From assembly GCA_963789955.1 (NCBI GenBank), contig CAWBMV010000034.1, positions 320,001 to 384,000 of the forward strand: a stretch of 64,000 nucleotides of DNA, in the 5' to 3' direction. This DNA is from an uncultured Candidatus Rokubacteria bacterium (GTDB taxonomy: Bacteria > Methylomirabilota > Methylomirabilia > Rokubacteriales > CSP1-6). The position numbers were made by a program, and so were the translations under genes. Shown here one piece after another: positions 1 through 10,736 of the stretch (the stretch's first letter is position 1; every line of letters starts with the position of its first letter). The notes below the pieces were generated by a model. That model was given only the letters and a program-made list of their open reading frames with translations. It was not told the origin of the DNA and did no database searches.

Positions 1-33
1 CTCCGCGAGAAGAAGGGCGCATCCCGTGGGTGA
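1..33 (+). CDS. rpmC: 50S ribosomal protein L29, C-terminal end (partial)
   Basis: Frame 1 reads [10 protein letters not shown] and overlaps the rpsQ start; call rests mainly on operon position. Confidence 0.7.
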   Translation, partial: LREKKGASRG

Positions 34-274
34 GCGAAAAAGTCGTGAAGGCGTGGTCGTGTCCGACGCGATGCAGAAGACCCGGGTGGTGCGGATCGAG
101 CGGGTGTTCCGGCATCCGCGCTATCAGCGGGTGGTGCGGGCGTCGAAGAAGCTGAAGGCGCACGACGAGACCAACGAGAGCCGGGTGGGCGACCGGGTGC
201 TGATCGAGGAGACCCGGCCGCTGTCGAAGGAGAAGCGCTGGCGGATCCGCAAGGTCCTCAGCCGCGTGTCCTAG
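26..274 (+). CDS. rpsQ: 30S ribosomal protein S17
   Basis: [11 protein letters not shown]...HPRY...KAHDE...[13 protein letters not shown] motifs; operon order. Confidence 0.98.
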   Translation: MGERKSREGVVVSDAMQKTRVVRIERVFRHPRYQRVVRASKKLKAHDETNESRVGDRVLIEETRPLSKEKRWRIRKVLSRVS

Positions 275-276
275 CG

Positions 277-645
277 ATGATCCAACCGCGCTCGATGCTC
301 GACGTAGCCGACAACTCCGGAGCCAAGAAGGTCCAGTGCATCCGGGTGATGGGCGGCGCCAACAAGCGGTACGCCTCGCTGGGCGATACCGTCATCGTGG
401 CCATCAAGGAAGCGACGCCGGACGGGACCGTGAAGAAGGGCGAAGTCGCCCGCGCGGTCGTGGTCCGGACGGTCAAGGAAGTGCGGCGGCGGGACGGATC
501 GTACATCCGCTTCGACCGCAACGCGGTGGTTCTGATCAAGCCCGACGAGAATCCGGTGGGCACGCGCATCTTCGGCCCGGTGGCGCGCGAGCTGCGCGAG
601 CGCCAGTTCACCAAGATCATCTCGCTCGCGCCCGAGGTCATTTGA
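277..645 (+). CDS. rplN: 50S ribosomal protein L14
   Basis: [15 protein letters not shown]...[13 protein letters not shown]...IISLAPEV. Confidence 0.99.
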   Translation: MIQPRSMLDVADNSGAKKVQCIRVMGGANKRYASLGDTVIVAIKEATPDGTVKKGEVARAVVVRTVKEVRRRDGSYIRFDRNAVVLIKPDENPVGTRIFGPVARELRERQFTKIISLAPEVI

Positions 646-971
646 TGCAACACGCGCATGTGCGACGAGGCGATACGGTCGCGGTGATCGCGGGCCGGGA
701 GCGCGGCAAGCGCGGCAAGGTGCTGCGCGTGCTGCCGATCGGCGGGCGAGTGCTCGTCGAGAAGATCAACATGATGAAGAAGCACCAGCGTCCGACGCAG
801 AAGCTGCGGCAGGGCGGGATCATCGAGCGCGAGAGCCCGCTGGCGCTGTCGAACGTGCTGGTGGTCTGCAGCCGGTGCGACAAGCCGTCGCGCAGCGGGA
901 TCAAGACGCTCGCCGACGGGCGCAAGCTGCGAGTCTGCAAGCGCTGCGGCGAATCGATCGACAAGGGCTGA
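645..971 (+). CDS. rplX: 50S ribosomal protein L24
   Basis: ATG at 645 overlaps rplN stop; KOW motif [18 protein letters not shown] and GGIIERE; CxxC...CxxC near C-terminus. Confidence 0.97.
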   Translation: MQHAHVRRGDTVAVIAGRERGKRGKVLRVLPIGGRVLVEKINMMKKHQRPTQKLRQGGIIERESPLALSNVLVVCSRCDKPSRSGIKTLADGRKLRVCKRCGESIDKG

Positions 972-975
972 CACC

Positions 976-1656
976 ATGGCGAAAGAAACGACGGCGGCAC
1001 CGAAAGCACCCGCGGCCCAGAAGCCGGCGGCGAAGGCCCCCGCCCAGCCCCGGAAGGGCCCGGCCGCGGCGGCGGCGCCGATCGCCAAGGGCCGTCCGAA
1101 GGGCACCGGCGAGACGAAGCCGCGGCTCAAGGAGATGTACCACAAGACGGTCGTCCAGGCGGTCATGAAGGAGCGCGGGTTCTCCAACCCGTACCAGGTG
1201 CCGCGGCTGGAAAAGGTCGTCATCAACATGGGCGTCGGCGAAGGACGCGACAACGCCAAGGTGCTGGATTTCGCGACCGCCGATCTGCAGCTGATCTCCG
1301 GCCAGCGGCCGATCGTCACACGGGCCAAGAAGTCGATCGCGAACTTCAAGCTGCGCGAGGGCGTGCCGATCGGCGCGAAGGTGACCTTGCGGGGCGCTCG
1401 GATGTACGAGTTCCTCGACCGGCTCATCAACGTCGCGCTGCCGCGCGTGCGCGACTTCCGCGGCGTGCCGCCCAAGGGCTTCGACGGCCGCGGCAACTAT
1501 GCCCTCGGCCTGCGCGAGCAGCTGATCTTCCCGGAGATCGTCTACGACAAGATCGACAAGGTCCGCGGCATGGACATCAGTATCGTCACGACGGCGCGCA
1601 CGGACGAAGACGCCAAGGTGCTGCTGACGCATCTGGGTATGCCGTTCAGGGAGTAG
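976..1656 (+). CDS. rplE: 50S ribosomal protein L5 with Ala/Lys/Pro-rich N-terminal extension
   Basis: [15 protein letters not shown]...[17 protein letters not shown]. Confidence 0.98.
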   Translation: MAKETTAAPKAPAAQKPAAKAPAQPRKGPAAAAAPIAKGRPKGTGETKPRLKEMYHKTVVQAVMKERGFSNPYQVPRLEKVVINMGVGEGRDNAKVLDFATADLQLISGQRPIVTRAKKSIANFKLREGVPIGAKVTLRGARMYEFLDRLINVALPRVRDFRGVPPKGFDGRGNYALGLREQLIFPEIVYDKIDKVRGMDISIVTTARTDEDAKVLLTHLGMPFRE

Positions 1657-1662
1657 CTTCGT

Positions 1663-1848
1663 ATGGCCAAGACCTCTCTCATCATGAAGTCTCAGCGGAA
1701 ACCGAAATTCTCGACGCGCGCCTATTCCCGGTGCAAGCTGTGCGGCCGCCCGCGCGGCTACCTCCGGAAGTTCGAGATGTGCCGGCTCTGCTTCCGCGAG
1801 CTGGCGCTCAAGGGCGAGGTTCCGGGCATCGTGAAGGCGAGCTGGTAG
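1663..1848 (+). CDS. rpsN: 30S ribosomal protein S14 (61 aa, zinc-binding type Z)
   Basis: [10 protein letters not shown]...[10 protein letters not shown]...KASW. Confidence 0.98.
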   Translation: MAKTSLIMKSQRKPKFSTRAYSRCKLCGRPRGYLRKFEMCRLCFRELALKGEVPGIVKASW

Positions 1849-1852
1849 GCGT

Positions 1853-2248
1853 ATGCGAAGCGATCCGATCGCCGATCTCCTGACGCGCATCCGCAACGCG
1901 AGCCGCGCCGAGCACGAGAAGGTGGACATCCCGTCCTCGAAGCTCAAGGTGCGGATCGCCGAGATCCTGAAGGACGAAGGCTTCATCAAGAACTTCCGCG
2001 TGCTCGAGGACGACAAGCAAGGGACCCTGCGCGTCTACCTCAAGTACGGCGTGGGCAACGAGAAGATGATCTCCGGGCTCGTCCGCGTCTCGACTCCCGG
2101 CCGGCGCATCTACGTGACCCACGACCGGATCCCGTCGATCCTGGCCGGGATGGGCGTGGCGCTGGTGTCGACGTCGAGGGGCGTGGTGACCGGGCGCGAT
2201 GCGCGCAAGCAAAAGGTCGGCGGCGAAGTGCTCGCCTACGTGTGGTAG
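1853..2248 (+). CDS. rpsH: 30S ribosomal protein S8
   Basis: DPIADLLTRIRNA...STPGRRIY...GGEVLAYVW. Confidence 0.99.
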   Translation: MRSDPIADLLTRIRNASRAEHEKVDIPSSKLKVRIAEILKDEGFIKNFRVLEDDKQGTLRVYLKYGVGNEKMISGLVRVSTPGRRIYVTHDRIPSILAGMGVALVSTSRGVVTGRDARKQKVGGEVLAYVW

Positions 2249-2257
2249 AGGAGCGCC

Positions 2258-2806
2258 ATGTCACGGATCGGCCGACAGCCCGTCAACATTCCGCAAGGCG
2301 TCAAGATCCAGATCGACGGGACCACCGTGCGTGCCGAAGGCCCGAAGGGCAAGCTGATGCAGCCGGTCCCGGCGGGACTCAGCGCGAAGCTCGAGAACAA
2401 CCAGCTCGTGATCTCGCGCACCGGCGATGACCGGAAGATCCGTGCGCTCCATGGCCTGGCTCGCGCGCTGATGGCCAACATGGTCACCGGCGTGAAGGAT
2501 GGCTTCGAGCGCAAGCTCGACATCGTCGGCATCGGCTACCGGGCGCAGATCCAGGGCAAGGCGATCACGCTCGCGCTGGGTTACTCGCACCCCGTGGTGT
2601 TCCCGCTGCCGGAGGGCATCACGGCCGACATCGAGCGCCAGGTCGCCATCACCTTGAAGGGGGCCGACAAGGCGCTGCTCGGCCAGACCGCCGCGAAGCT
2701 CCGTGCGCTCCGCGAGCCCGATCCGTACAAGGGCAAGGGGATCAAGTACTCGGACGAAGTGATCCGCCGCAAGGTCGGTAAGAAGGCGGGAGCGGGGGCC
2801 AAGTGA
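2258..2806 (+). CDS. rplF: 50S ribosomal protein L6
   Basis: MSRIGRQP...LGYSHPV...[11 protein letters not shown]. Confidence 0.99.
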   Translation: MSRIGRQPVNIPQGVKIQIDGTTVRAEGPKGKLMQPVPAGLSAKLENNQLVISRTGDDRKIRALHGLARALMANMVTGVKDGFERKLDIVGIGYRAQIQGKAITLALGYSHPVVFPLPEGITADIERQVAITLKGADKALLGQTAAKLRALREPDPYKGKGIKYSDEVIRRKVGKKAGAGAK

Positions 2807-3168
2807 TCACGAAAGAGCGGCGGGCTTCGCGAGATGTCAGGCACCGGCGGCTTCGCCGGTACGTGCGCGGCTCGGAGGCGCGGCCGCGGCTGGCCGTGTT
2901 CCGCAGCCTGAATCACATCTACGCCCAGCTGGTCGACGACGACGCGGGAAAGACCCTGCTGGCGGTGGACAGCCGGAGCAAGGAGTTCCGAGCGCGCCAG
3001 CCGCAGGGCGGCAACGTCGCCGCGGCCAAGCTCGTCGGCGAGCTGCTGGCCGGCAAGGCGAAGGCGCAGGGGATCGAGCGCGTCGTGTTCGATCGCGGTG
3101 GGTACATGTACCACGGACGAGTGAAGGCGCTCGCCGATGCGGCTCGCGCCGGCGGCCTCGTTTTTTAG
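2803..3168 (+). CDS. rplR: 50S ribosomal protein L18
   Basis: [15 protein letters not shown]...[28 protein letters not shown]. Confidence 0.99.
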   Translation: MITKERRASRDVRHRRLRRYVRGSEARPRLAVFRSLNHIYAQLVDDDAGKTLLAVDSRSKEFRARQPQGGNVAAAKLVGELLAGKAKAQGIERVVFDRGGYMYHGRVKALADAARAGGLVF

Positions 3169-3171
3169 CGA

Positions 3172-3262
3172 GCGCGCGTTCGCAGGGAAGTCGAGAGGCG
3201 GGCGGCCCCAGGCTCCCGCGGGTTCGCAGGGGAGTCGAGAGGGGGGCGGAGCCCCCTTCTCC
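3172..3262. repeat. Intergenic pair of related REP-like GC-rich units
   Basis: gttcgcagggaagtcgagaggcgggcggcccc followed by gttcgcaggggagtcgagaggggggcggagccccc; the second carries a GGGGGCGGAGCCCCC hairpin. Confidence 0.7.
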
Positions 3263-3276
3263 AAAGGGAGAATCGA

Positions 3277-3816
3277 GTGGCCGAAGCGAAGATCGATCCG
3301 AGCGTGCTCGAGCTGAACGATCGCGTCGTCTCCATCAACCGGGTGGCCAAGGTCGTGAAAGGTGGACGGAGGTTCTCGTTCACCGCGCTGGTCGTCGTCG
3401 GAGACGGCCGCGGTCACGTGGGTGTCGGTCTCGGCAAGGCCCACGAGGTGCCGGAGGCCATCCGGAAGGCGGTCGAGCACGCCAAGAAGGACCTGATCTT
3501 CGTCCCGCTCAAGGACACGACGATCCCCTGCGAGATCACCGGGCATTTCGGCGCCGGCCGCGTCTTCCTCAAGCCGGCGGTGCCGGGTACGGGCGTCATC
3601 GCCGGCGGCGCGGTGCGGCCGATCCTCGAGGCCGCGGGCGTGCAGGACATTCTGACGAAGACCCTGGGGTCGAACAATCCCCACAACGTGCTCAAGGCGA
3701 CGATCGACGCGCTGCGACGGATCAAGCGCCTGCAAGATCTGCATGCGGCGCGGCGGCGCGGCGACGGCGTCGTCGCCCCCGCGGAGGAGATGGCCGGTGC
3801 CCGACAAGAAGCTTAA
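3277..3816 (+). CDS. rpsE: 30S ribosomal protein S5
   Basis: [24 protein letters not shown]...PGTGVIAGG. Confidence 0.99.
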   Translation: MAEAKIDPSVLELNDRVVSINRVAKVVKGGRRFSFTALVVVGDGRGHVGVGLGKAHEVPEAIRKAVEHAKKDLIFVPLKDTTIPCEITGHFGAGRVFLKPAVPGTGVIAGGAVRPILEAAGVQDILTKTLGSNNPHNVLKATIDALRRIKRLQDLHAARRRGDGVVAPAEEMAGARQEA

Positions 3817-3979
3817 GGTCACCCTGACCAAATCGATGATCGGGCTCTCGCCCAAGCAAGAGGCGACCGTCCGGGCTCTGGGACTCCGCCGGATCCGCCA
3901 CTCGGTCAGCCACGACGACTCGGTGTCGGTGCGCGGCATGATCGCCAAGGTCGTCGCACGTGCTGAGCGTGACCCGTGA
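3797..3979 (+). CDS. rpmD: 50S ribosomal protein L30
   Basis: GTG at 3797; [11 protein letters not shown]...[10 protein letters not shown]...VRGMIAKV. Removing one base near 3952 gives [12 protein letters not shown] ending at 3986, closer to consensus. Confidence 0.93.
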   Translation: MPDKKLKVTLTKSMIGLSPKQEATVRALGLRRIRHSVSHDDSVSVRGMIAKVVARAERDP

Positions 3980-4444
3980 AGCTTGACGAGCTGCGCCCGG
4001 CGCCGGGCGCCACGAAGCGGCGCAAGAAGATCGGTCGCGGCCCGGGATCGGGTCACGGCAAGACCTCGACCAAGGGACACAAGGGCCACAGCGCGCGGTC
4101 CGGCGGCGGCAAGGCACGGCGGCTTCGAGGGCGGCCAGATGCCGCTCTACCGACGGCTGCCCAAGCGCGGCTTCATCCCGTTCGGTGGAAAGACCGAGTA
4201 CGCCGTCGTGAATCTCGAGTCGCTGAGCGGGTTCGCGGCGAACGCCGTGGTCGATCCCGACGGCCTCGCCCAGGCCGGGCTCATCAAGCGGAGCGGCCGC
4301 GCGCGGGTCAAGGTGCTGGGCACCGGTGACGTCGCGCACGCGCTGACCGTGCGCGCCCACGCGGTGAGCGAGTCGGCGCGCGCGAAGATCGAGGCGAAGG
4401 GCGGTCGGGTCGAGACGCTCCCCGAGCGGGTGCCCGCTTCGTGA
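3976..4444 (+). CDS. rplO: 50S ribosomal protein L15 (apparent frameshift near 4114)
   Basis: N-half [18 protein letters not shown] in one frame, [18 protein letters not shown]...KIEAKGG in another. Confidence 0.95.
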
Positions 4445-5766
4445 TCGAGAGTCTCCAGAGCTTCCAGAACGTCTTCAAGATCCCGGAGCTGAAGCGCCGC
4501 GTCATCATGACGGCGGTGCTGCTGATCGCCTATCGCATCGGCGCGCACGTGCCGACGCCCGGGATCGACGGACACGCGCTGGCGCAGTTCTTCGACCAGG
4601 TGCAGGGCACCCTGCTCGGCATGGTCGACCTCTTCTCGGGCGGCAACCTGAGACGGCTGTCGATCTTCGCGCTCGGGATCATGCCGTACATCTCGGCCTC
4701 GATCATCCTGCAGCTGCTGACCGTCGTCGTGCCCGCCCTCGAGCGGCTGGCGAAGGAAGGCGAGGCCGGCCGCAAGAAGATCACGCAGTACACGCGCTAC
4801 GGCACGATCGTGCTGTCGGGGGTGCAGGCGCTCGGCATCGCCTACGGCCTCGAGAGCATGCGGAGTCCGACGGGCCTGTCGATCGTGCCGACGCCGGGCT
4901 GGGGCTTCCGTCTGCTGACGATGGTCACCTTGACCGCGGGCACCGCGCTGATCATGTGGATGGGCGAGCAGATCTCCGAGAAGGGGATCGGCAATGGGAT
5001 CTCGCTGATCATCTTCGCGGGCATCGTCGTGCGTCTGCCGTCGGCCATCAGCGCCTCCTACACCCTGCTCTCGACCGGCGAGCTGAAGCTCATCGTCGTC
5101 GTCGCGATCATCCTGGTGATGGTCGGCGTCACGGCGGCCGTCGTCTTGATGCAAGAGGGCCAGCGCAAGATCCCGGTGCAGTACGCCAAGCGCGTGGTGG
5201 GCCGGCGCGTCTACGGCGGCCAGTCGACGCACATCCCGCTGCGGATCAACACCGCCGGCGTCATCCCGGTCATCTTCGCGTCCTCGCTGATCCTGTTCCC
5301 GGCGACCTTGACGCGCTTCGTTCCGCATCCGTGGATGCAGGCGATCTCCGACGCGATGTCGCCGGGGCGGCTCTTCTACACCGCGTCGTACATGGCGCTG
5401 ATCGTCTTCTTCGCCTACTTCTACACGGCGATCGTGTTCAATCCGATCGACCTGGCCGACAACATGAAGAAGTACGGCGGCTTCATCCCGGGCGTGCGGC
5501 CGGGCAAGAAGACGGCCGAGTACATCGACCGGACCTTGACGCGCATCACCTTGCCGGGCGCCTTGTTCCTGGCGTTGATCTCGGTGCTGCCGGACTACCT
5601 GATCCGCTGGTTCAACGTGCCGTTCTACTTCGGCGGCACGAGCCTCCTGATCGTCGTCGGCGTGGCGCTCGACACCGTCCGGCAGATGGAATCGCACCTG
5701 CTCATGCGGAACTACGAGGGCTTCCTGAAGAAGTCCAAGTCGCGTTCGAGCGGATACGGCAGTTGA
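4441..5766 (+). CDS. secY: Preprotein translocase subunit SecY
   Basis: [47 protein letters not shown]. Confidence 0.99.
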   Translation: MIESLQSFQNVFKIPELKRRVIMTAVLLIAYRIGAHVPTPGIDGHALAQFFDQVQGTLLGMVDLFSGGNLRRLSIFALGIMPYISASIILQLLTVVVPALERLAKEGEAGRKKITQYTRYGTIVLSGVQALGIAYGLESMRSPTGLSIVPTPGWGFRLLTMVTLTAGTALIMWMGEQISEKGIGNGISLIIFAGIVVRLPSAISASYTLLSTGELKLIVVVAIILVMVGVTAAVVLMQEGQRKIPVQYAKRVVGRRVYGGQSTHIPLRINTAGVIPVIFASSLILFPATLTRFVPHPWMQAISDAMSPGRLFYTASYMALIVFFAYFYTAIVFNPIDLADNMKKYGGFIPGVRPGKKTAEYIDRTLTRITLPGALFLALISVLPDYLIRWFNVPFYFGGTSLLIVVGVALDTVRQMESHLLMRNYEGFLKKSKSRSSGYGS

Positions 5767-6420
5767 GCGCGCGAGTCGCCTTTCTGGGACCTCCGGGCGC
5801 GGGCAAGGGCACGCAGGCCCGCGACCTCGCGCAGGAATGGCGCGTCCCGCACCTGGCGACCGGCGACATGCTGCGTGAGGCGGTGGCGGCGGGCACCCCG
5901 CTCGGCCGCGAGGCCAAGGGCTACATGGATCAGGGCGCGCTCGTCCCGGACGACGTGATCATCCGGATGATGGGGGAGCGTCTCGGCAAGGCCGACGCCG
6001 GCCGGGGCTTCATCCTCGACGGGTTTCCGCGGACGATCGCCCAGGCCGAAGCGCTGGCGAAGCTGCTGAAGGATCTCGGCCAGACGCTCGACACGGTCGT
6101 CTACTTCGACGTGTCCGAGCCGGAGTTGCTGCGACGTCTGACCGGACGCCGCGTCTGCCGCACGTGCGGCCATTCGTACCACATGACGTCGAATCCGCCG
6201 AAGCGCGCGGGCGTGTGTGACGAGTGCGGCGGTGAGCTCTATCAGCGCGACGACGACGCCGAGACCACGGTACGCAAGCGCCTGGACGTGTATCAGCGCC
6301 AGACGGCGCCGCTCCTGGACTACTACCGCCAGCGCAGCCTGCTGCGCGACGGTGTCCGGCGAGGGGCCGCTCGCGACGATTCGCGACTCGATCCGGGCCG
6401 CTTCGGGAGCCGTGCGGTGA
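5763..6420 (+). CDS. adk: Adenylate kinase with zinc lid (apparent frameshift near 6345)
   Basis: [12 protein letters not shown]-loop, [10 protein letters not shown], lid CRTC...CDEC, RDDD; TTG start overlapping secY stop. Confidence 0.95.
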
Positions 6421-7201
6421 TCGTGCTCAAGTCGGCGCGCGAGATCGCGCTCATGCGGCGTGCGGGCACATCCTGGCCGGTGTCGTCGAGCGCCTGCGCG
6501 GCTTCGTTCGCCCGGGGATGTCGACGCTCGAGATCGACGAGGACGTCGAGGCGTACATCCACCGCGAGGGCGCCGCGCCGGCCTTCAAGGGCTACCGCGG
6601 GTTTCCGGCGACCGCGTGCATCTCGATCAACGAGGAGGTCGTGCACGGTATCCCGTCCCCGCGGCGCAAGATCCGCGAGGGCGACATCGTGGGCCTTGAC
6701 CTCGGGTGCATCGTAGAGGGGTACTACGCCGATTGCGCGTTCACCCTCCCGATCGGGACAGTGCCGGCGAACGTCCAGAAGCTGCTGGACGTCACCCGCG
6801 AGAGCCTCGACCTGGCTATCCAGGAGTGCCGGCCGGGCCGGCGGCTGTCGGACGTGTCGCACGCGGTACAGTCGCACGTCGAGGCGAACGGGTTCGCCGT
6901 CGTGCGGGCGTTCGTCGGCCACGGAATCGGACGGGCGCTGCACGAGGAGCCGCAGATCCCCAACTTCGGGGATCCGGGGCGCGGCCCGCAGCTCAAGCCG
7001 GGGATGGTCCTCGCCATCGAGCCCATGGTCACCATGGGGAGCTGGGAGGTCCGGATCCTGGACGACGGTTGGACGGCGGTGACCCAGGACGGCAGCCTGG
7101 CGGCGCACTTCGAGCACACCGTGGCGGTGACGGACGACGGCCCGGAGGTGCTGACGAGCCTCAGCGGCCGGTCGGCGCCGACGACACCGGCGAGCCGATA
7201 G
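6417..7201 (+). CDS. map: Methionine aminopeptidase type I (apparent frameshift near 6470)
   Basis: [17 protein letters not shown] then [36 protein letters not shown]. Confidence 0.95.
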
Positions 7202-7203
7202 CG

Positions 7204-7422
7204 GTGGCCAAGGAAGACGCGATCGAGGTCGAGGGAACGGTGGTCGAGCCGCTGCCCAACGCGATGTTTCGGGTGGAGCTGGAGAACGGTCACAAGGTGC
7301 TCGCGCACGTCAGCGGCAAGATGCGGATGAACTTCATCCGGATCCTGCCGGGCGATCGCGTGAAGGTCGAGCTGTCGCCGTACGACCTGACCCGGGGCCG
7401 GATCACCTATCGGTTCAAGTAA
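7204..7422 (+). CDS. infA: Translation initiation factor IF-1
   Basis: [29 protein letters not shown]...[15 protein letters not shown]. Confidence 0.98.
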   Translation: MAKEDAIEVEGTVVEPLPNAMFRVELENGHKVLAHVSGKMRMNFIRILPGDRVKVELSPYDLTRGRITYRFK

Positions 7423-7454
7423 GGGAAGTCAGTCGTGGAGATGAGGAAGAAGCG

Positions 7455-7568
7455 ATGAAGGTGCGACCGTCGGTCAAGGTGCGTTGCGAGCATTGCAAGA
7501 TCGTGAAGCGTCAGGGCGTCACGCGGATCATCTGCAAGAATCCGCGGCACAAAGCCCGACAGGGCTGA
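7455..7568 (+). CDS. rpmJ: 50S ribosomal protein L36 (37 aa, not in ORF track)
   Basis: Manual translation [37 protein letters not shown]. Confidence 0.97.
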   Translation: MKVRPSVKVRCEHCKIVKRQGVTRIICKNPRHKARQG

Positions 7569-7584
7569 GCGGGCGGAGGCGAGC

Positions 7585-8019
7585 ATGGCGAGAGTGGCGG
7601 GAATCGATCTGCCTCGCGAGAAGCGGGGCGAAGTCGCGGTGACGTACATCTACGGCCTCGGACGGTCCACGGGACGCCGGGTCCTGCTCAAGGCCAACGT
7701 CGATCCCAGCAAGCGGGTGAAGGCGTGGACGGACGACGAGGTGAACCGGATCCGCGAGATCATCGAGCGCGAGCTCAAGGTCGAGGGCGACCTGCGCCGC
7801 GACGTCTCGATGAACGTGAAGCGCCTGATGGACATCGGCGCCTATCGCGGGATTCGTCACCGTCGCGGGCTGCCGGTGCGCGGTCAGCGGACTCACACCA
7901 ACGCCCGGACGCGGAAGGGCCCGAAGCGCGGCGTGATGGTCAAGAAGAAGCCGGCCGCGTCGCCCTCGGCGCCCGCGGCGGCACCGGCGGCAGCAGCGCC
8001 GAAAAAGGCGGGAGCGTAA
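7585..8019 (+). CDS. rpsM: 30S ribosomal protein S13 with Ala/Pro/Lys tail
   Basis: [26 protein letters not shown]. Confidence 0.99.
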   Translation: MARVAGIDLPREKRGEVAVTYIYGLGRSTGRRVLLKANVDPSKRVKAWTDDEVNRIREIIERELKVEGDLRRDVSMNVKRLMDIGAYRGIRHRRGLPVRGQRTHTNARTRKGPKRGVMVKKKPAASPSAPAAAPAAAAPKKAGA

Positions 8020-8022
8020 GGC

Positions 8023-8430
8023 ATGGCCGAAGAAGCGAAACCAGCACCACGGAAGAAGGGCGGAAAGAAGCGCGAGCGGCGCGAGGTGCGCACCGGTATC
8101 GCGCACATCCAGGCGACGTTCAACAACACGATCGTCACGCTCACCGATCGGATGGGCAACGTCGTGTCGTGGTCGAGCGCCGGGAGCGCCGGGTTCAAGG
8201 GCTCGCGCAAGAGCACGCCCTTCGCCGCCCAGACGGCCTCCGAGCTCGCCGCTCGCAAGGCGATGGAGTACGGCCTGAAGCAGATCGAAGTCTTCGTGCG
8301 AGGCCCCGGGGCCGGCCGCGAGGCGGCCATCCGCTCGCTGCAGGCCGCCGGTCTGGAGATCACCGCGATCCGTGACGTCACGCCGATTCCGCACGACGGG
8401 TGCCGCCCGCCGAAGCGGCGGCGGGTGTAG
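8023..8430 (+). CDS. rpsK: 30S ribosomal protein S11
   Basis: FNNTIVT...[14 protein letters not shown]...[18 protein letters not shown]. Confidence 0.99.
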   Translation: MAEEAKPAPRKKGGKKRERREVRTGIAHIQATFNNTIVTLTDRMGNVVSWSSAGSAGFKGSRKSTPFAAQTASELAARKAMEYGLKQIEVFVRGPGAGREAAIRSLQAAGLEITAIRDVTPIPHDGCRPPKRRRV

Positions 8431-8439
8431 GAGGCGGCC

Positions 8440-9063
8440 ATGGCGCGGTATCGCGACGCGAAGTGCCGGCTGTGCCGCCGCGAAGGCCAGAAGCTCTTCT
8501 TGAAGGGAGCGCGCTGCTTCACCGATAAGTGTGCCATCGAGCGGCGCAACTATCCGCCGGGTCAGCACGGGCTGAACCGCGGCAAGCCGACCGCCTTCGG
8601 CATCCAGCTCCGCGAAAAGCAGAAGGCCAAGCGCATCTATGGCGTGCTGGAGAGCCAGTTCCGAAAGTACTTCCAGTGGGCCGAGGCCGAGAAGGGCGTC
8701 ACCGGCGAGAATCTCCTGCGGCTCCTCGAGCTCCGGCTCGACAACGTCGTGCATCGGCTCGGCTTCGCGGCCTCCCGCCGGGAAGGTCGCCAGATGGTGA
8801 CGCACGGCCATTTCCAGGTGAACGGACGGAAGGTCTCGGTGCCGTCGTTCCTGGTGAAGGTGGGCGACGCGGTCCAGCTGCGTCCGACGTCCAAAATGCA
8901 GGCGCGTCTCGACGATAACGTCAACGCGGGCCGCGGGCAGGTGCCCCAGTGGCTCGAGCTCGATCCGAACGAGAAGAAGGGCGTCGTCCGAAGCCTGCCG
9001 TTGCGTGACGACATCCAGATCCCGGTCGCCGAGCAGCTCATCGTCGAGCTCTACAGCAAGTGA
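8440..9063 (+). CDS. rpsD: 30S ribosomal protein S4 (Cys-containing form)
   Basis: [16 protein letters not shown]...[28 protein letters not shown]. Confidence 0.99.
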   Translation: MARYRDAKCRLCRREGQKLFLKGARCFTDKCAIERRNYPPGQHGLNRGKPTAFGIQLREKQKAKRIYGVLESQFRKYFQWAEAEKGVTGENLLRLLELRLDNVVHRLGFAASRREGRQMVTHGHFQVNGRKVSVPSFLVKVGDAVQLRPTSKMQARLDDNVNAGRGQVPQWLELDPNEKKGVVRSLPLRDDIQIPVAEQLIVELYSK

Positions 9064-9184
9064 GGTGCGCGCTGCAGGCCGTCGCGGGGCTGGGGCCCCT
9101 CCCGCAGGCGCGCGCCGCCAAATGAGGTGCGCGCTGCAGGCCGTCGCGGGGCTGGGGCCCCGCCGGCCGAGGCGCGCCTCCAAA
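9061..9184. repeat. Tandem direct repeat, 2 x 62 bp, between rpsD and rpoA
   Basis: tgaggtgcgcgctgcaggccgtcgcggggctggggcccc (39 bp) identical at 9061 and 9123; both units end in ccaaa. Confidence 0.9.
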
Positions 9185-9195
9185 TAGGAAAGGCT

Positions 9196-10177
9196 ATGCC
9201 ACGTATTCCATTTCAGAGGCCGAAGAAGGTCGAGTGGGAGATCATGACCGACCGGTACGGCCGGCTCGTCGCCGAGCCGTTCGAGAAGGGCTATGCGCTG
9301 ACCGTCGGGAACTCGCTCCGGCGGACCCTGCTCGCGGTGGTACCGGGCGCGGCGGTGTCGTGGGTCCGGATCGACGGGATCAAGAACGTCGAGACGAAGA
9401 TCCCCGGCGTCAAGGAGAGCACGGTCGACGTCCTGCTCAACATCAAGAAGCTCGCGATCCAGGTGCCGTCGGGTGAGGCCAAGGTTCTTCGAGTCGAGGT
9501 GACCGGCCCGAAGGTCGTGACGGGCGCCGACGTGCCCGAGACCGACGTCGAGGTCGTGAACCCGGAGATCCATCTCTTCACCATCGAGTCGAGCGCGAAG
9601 GTGACGCGTGGAGCTCGGCGTGGGCATGGGACGCGGCTACGAGGCGGTCGACCGCGCCACCGTCACCACGCCGGCCGGTGCCCTGGCGCTCGACGCGGCC
9701 TATTCGCCGATCATGCGAGTGGCCTACAACGTCGAGATGTCACGGCTCGGCAAGATCACCGACTACGAGAAGCTGGTGCTCGAGGTGTGGACGAACGGCT
9801 CCGTGAGCCCCGACGACGCGCTCACGCGGGCGTCCACCTACCTCAAGGATCACTTCCACCCGCTGGCCGCCGGCGTGCCGCGCGAGGACGAAGAGGCGGA
9901 GGGCGCGGAAGGCGAGGCGTTCCTGCGCGACGCCCTCGGCAAGACGCTCGAGGAGCTGGCGCTGCCGGCGCGCGCGATCAACGCGCTCAAGAACGCCGAG
10001 CTGAATCTGGTGGTCGACCTCGTGCAGAAGAACGAGGGCGATCTGGAGCACGTGAAGAACCTCGGAGAAAAATCGATCGACGAGATCAAGACGGCGCTCG
10101 CCGCGCTCGGCCTGTCGCTCGGCATGCGGATCGACCCGAACGTCCTCGGGGCGCTCGGCAGGGGCAGTGTGAAGTGA
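9196..10177 (+). CDS. rpoA: DNA-directed RNA polymerase subunit alpha, divergent (apparent frameshift near 9607)
   Basis: EPFEKGYALTVGNSLRRTLL, GRGY, DYEKLVLEVWTNGS, CTD KNLGEKSIDEIK...GLSLGM; lies between rpsD and rplQ. Confidence 0.93.
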
Positions 10178-10250
10178 GCCGCCGCCTCTGCGGCGAGCTG
10201 AACCCTGCAGTTTTCAGTCAGCGTGAAATGATCGCAGAAGGAGTCACGCG

Positions 10251-10724
10251 ATGAGGCACCGGAACGCCGGCCACAAGCTCGGCCGGCTCACGCAGCATCG
10301 GTGGGCGCTGTTTCGCAACTTGCTCGTCGCGCTGTTCCGTCACGAGCGCATCGAGACCACCGGCGCGAAGGCCCACGCGGTGCGGGGGCTCGCCGAGCAC
10401 ATGATCACCCTCGCCAAGCGTGAGAACCTTCACGCGCGACGGCAGGTGCTGTCGATGGTGCCCGACACGGAGGTCGTGGGCCGGCTGTTCGACACGATCG
10501 CCGCGCGATTCGCCGACCGGAACGGCGGCTACACGCGGGTCATCAAGATCGGCCCGCGTCCCGGCGACGGGGCCCCGATGGTGTTCCTGGAGCTGGTCGA
10601 TCGCGCCGAGGCTCCGACCGACAAGGACAAGAAGTCCGAGAAGAAGGAGCGGGCGCCCAAGGGCGAGGCCGGCGCCACCGGTCGCCGGAAGCGGAAGGAG
10701 AAGGCGGCCGCCGCCTCTGCGTAA
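10251..10724 (+). CDS. rplQ: 50S ribosomal protein L17
   Basis: MRHR...KLGR...HERIETT...RNGGYTRVIKIGPRPGDGAPM. Confidence 0.99.
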   Translation: MRHRNAGHKLGRLTQHRWALFRNLLVALFRHERIETTGAKAHAVRGLAEHMITLAKRENLHARRQVLSMVPDTEVVGRLFDTIAARFADRNGGYTRVIKIGPRPGDGAPMVFLELVDRAEAPTDKDKKSEKKERAPKGEAGATGRRKRKEKAAAASA

Positions 10725-10736
10725 CGCCGCGCGCTC

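Noticed and set aside
9061..9184. Mini CRISPR array
   Set aside because: Only two units, the would-be spacers resemble each other, and there are no cas genes
3950..9610. Frameshifts in rpmD, rplO, adk, map and rpoA as programmed frameshifting or pseudogenes
   Set aside because: These are essential genes, no shared slippery motif is evident, and similar single indels occur throughout the window (trpG, trpE, TAXI, GT-Cs, pilQ); sequencing error is the simplest explanation
258..9627. Long antisense and alternate-frame ORFs (e.g. 258-1496, 2581-4089, 7528-9627)
   Set aside because: Shadows of real genes caused by high GC and few stop codons; Arg/Pro-rich with no recognisable motifs
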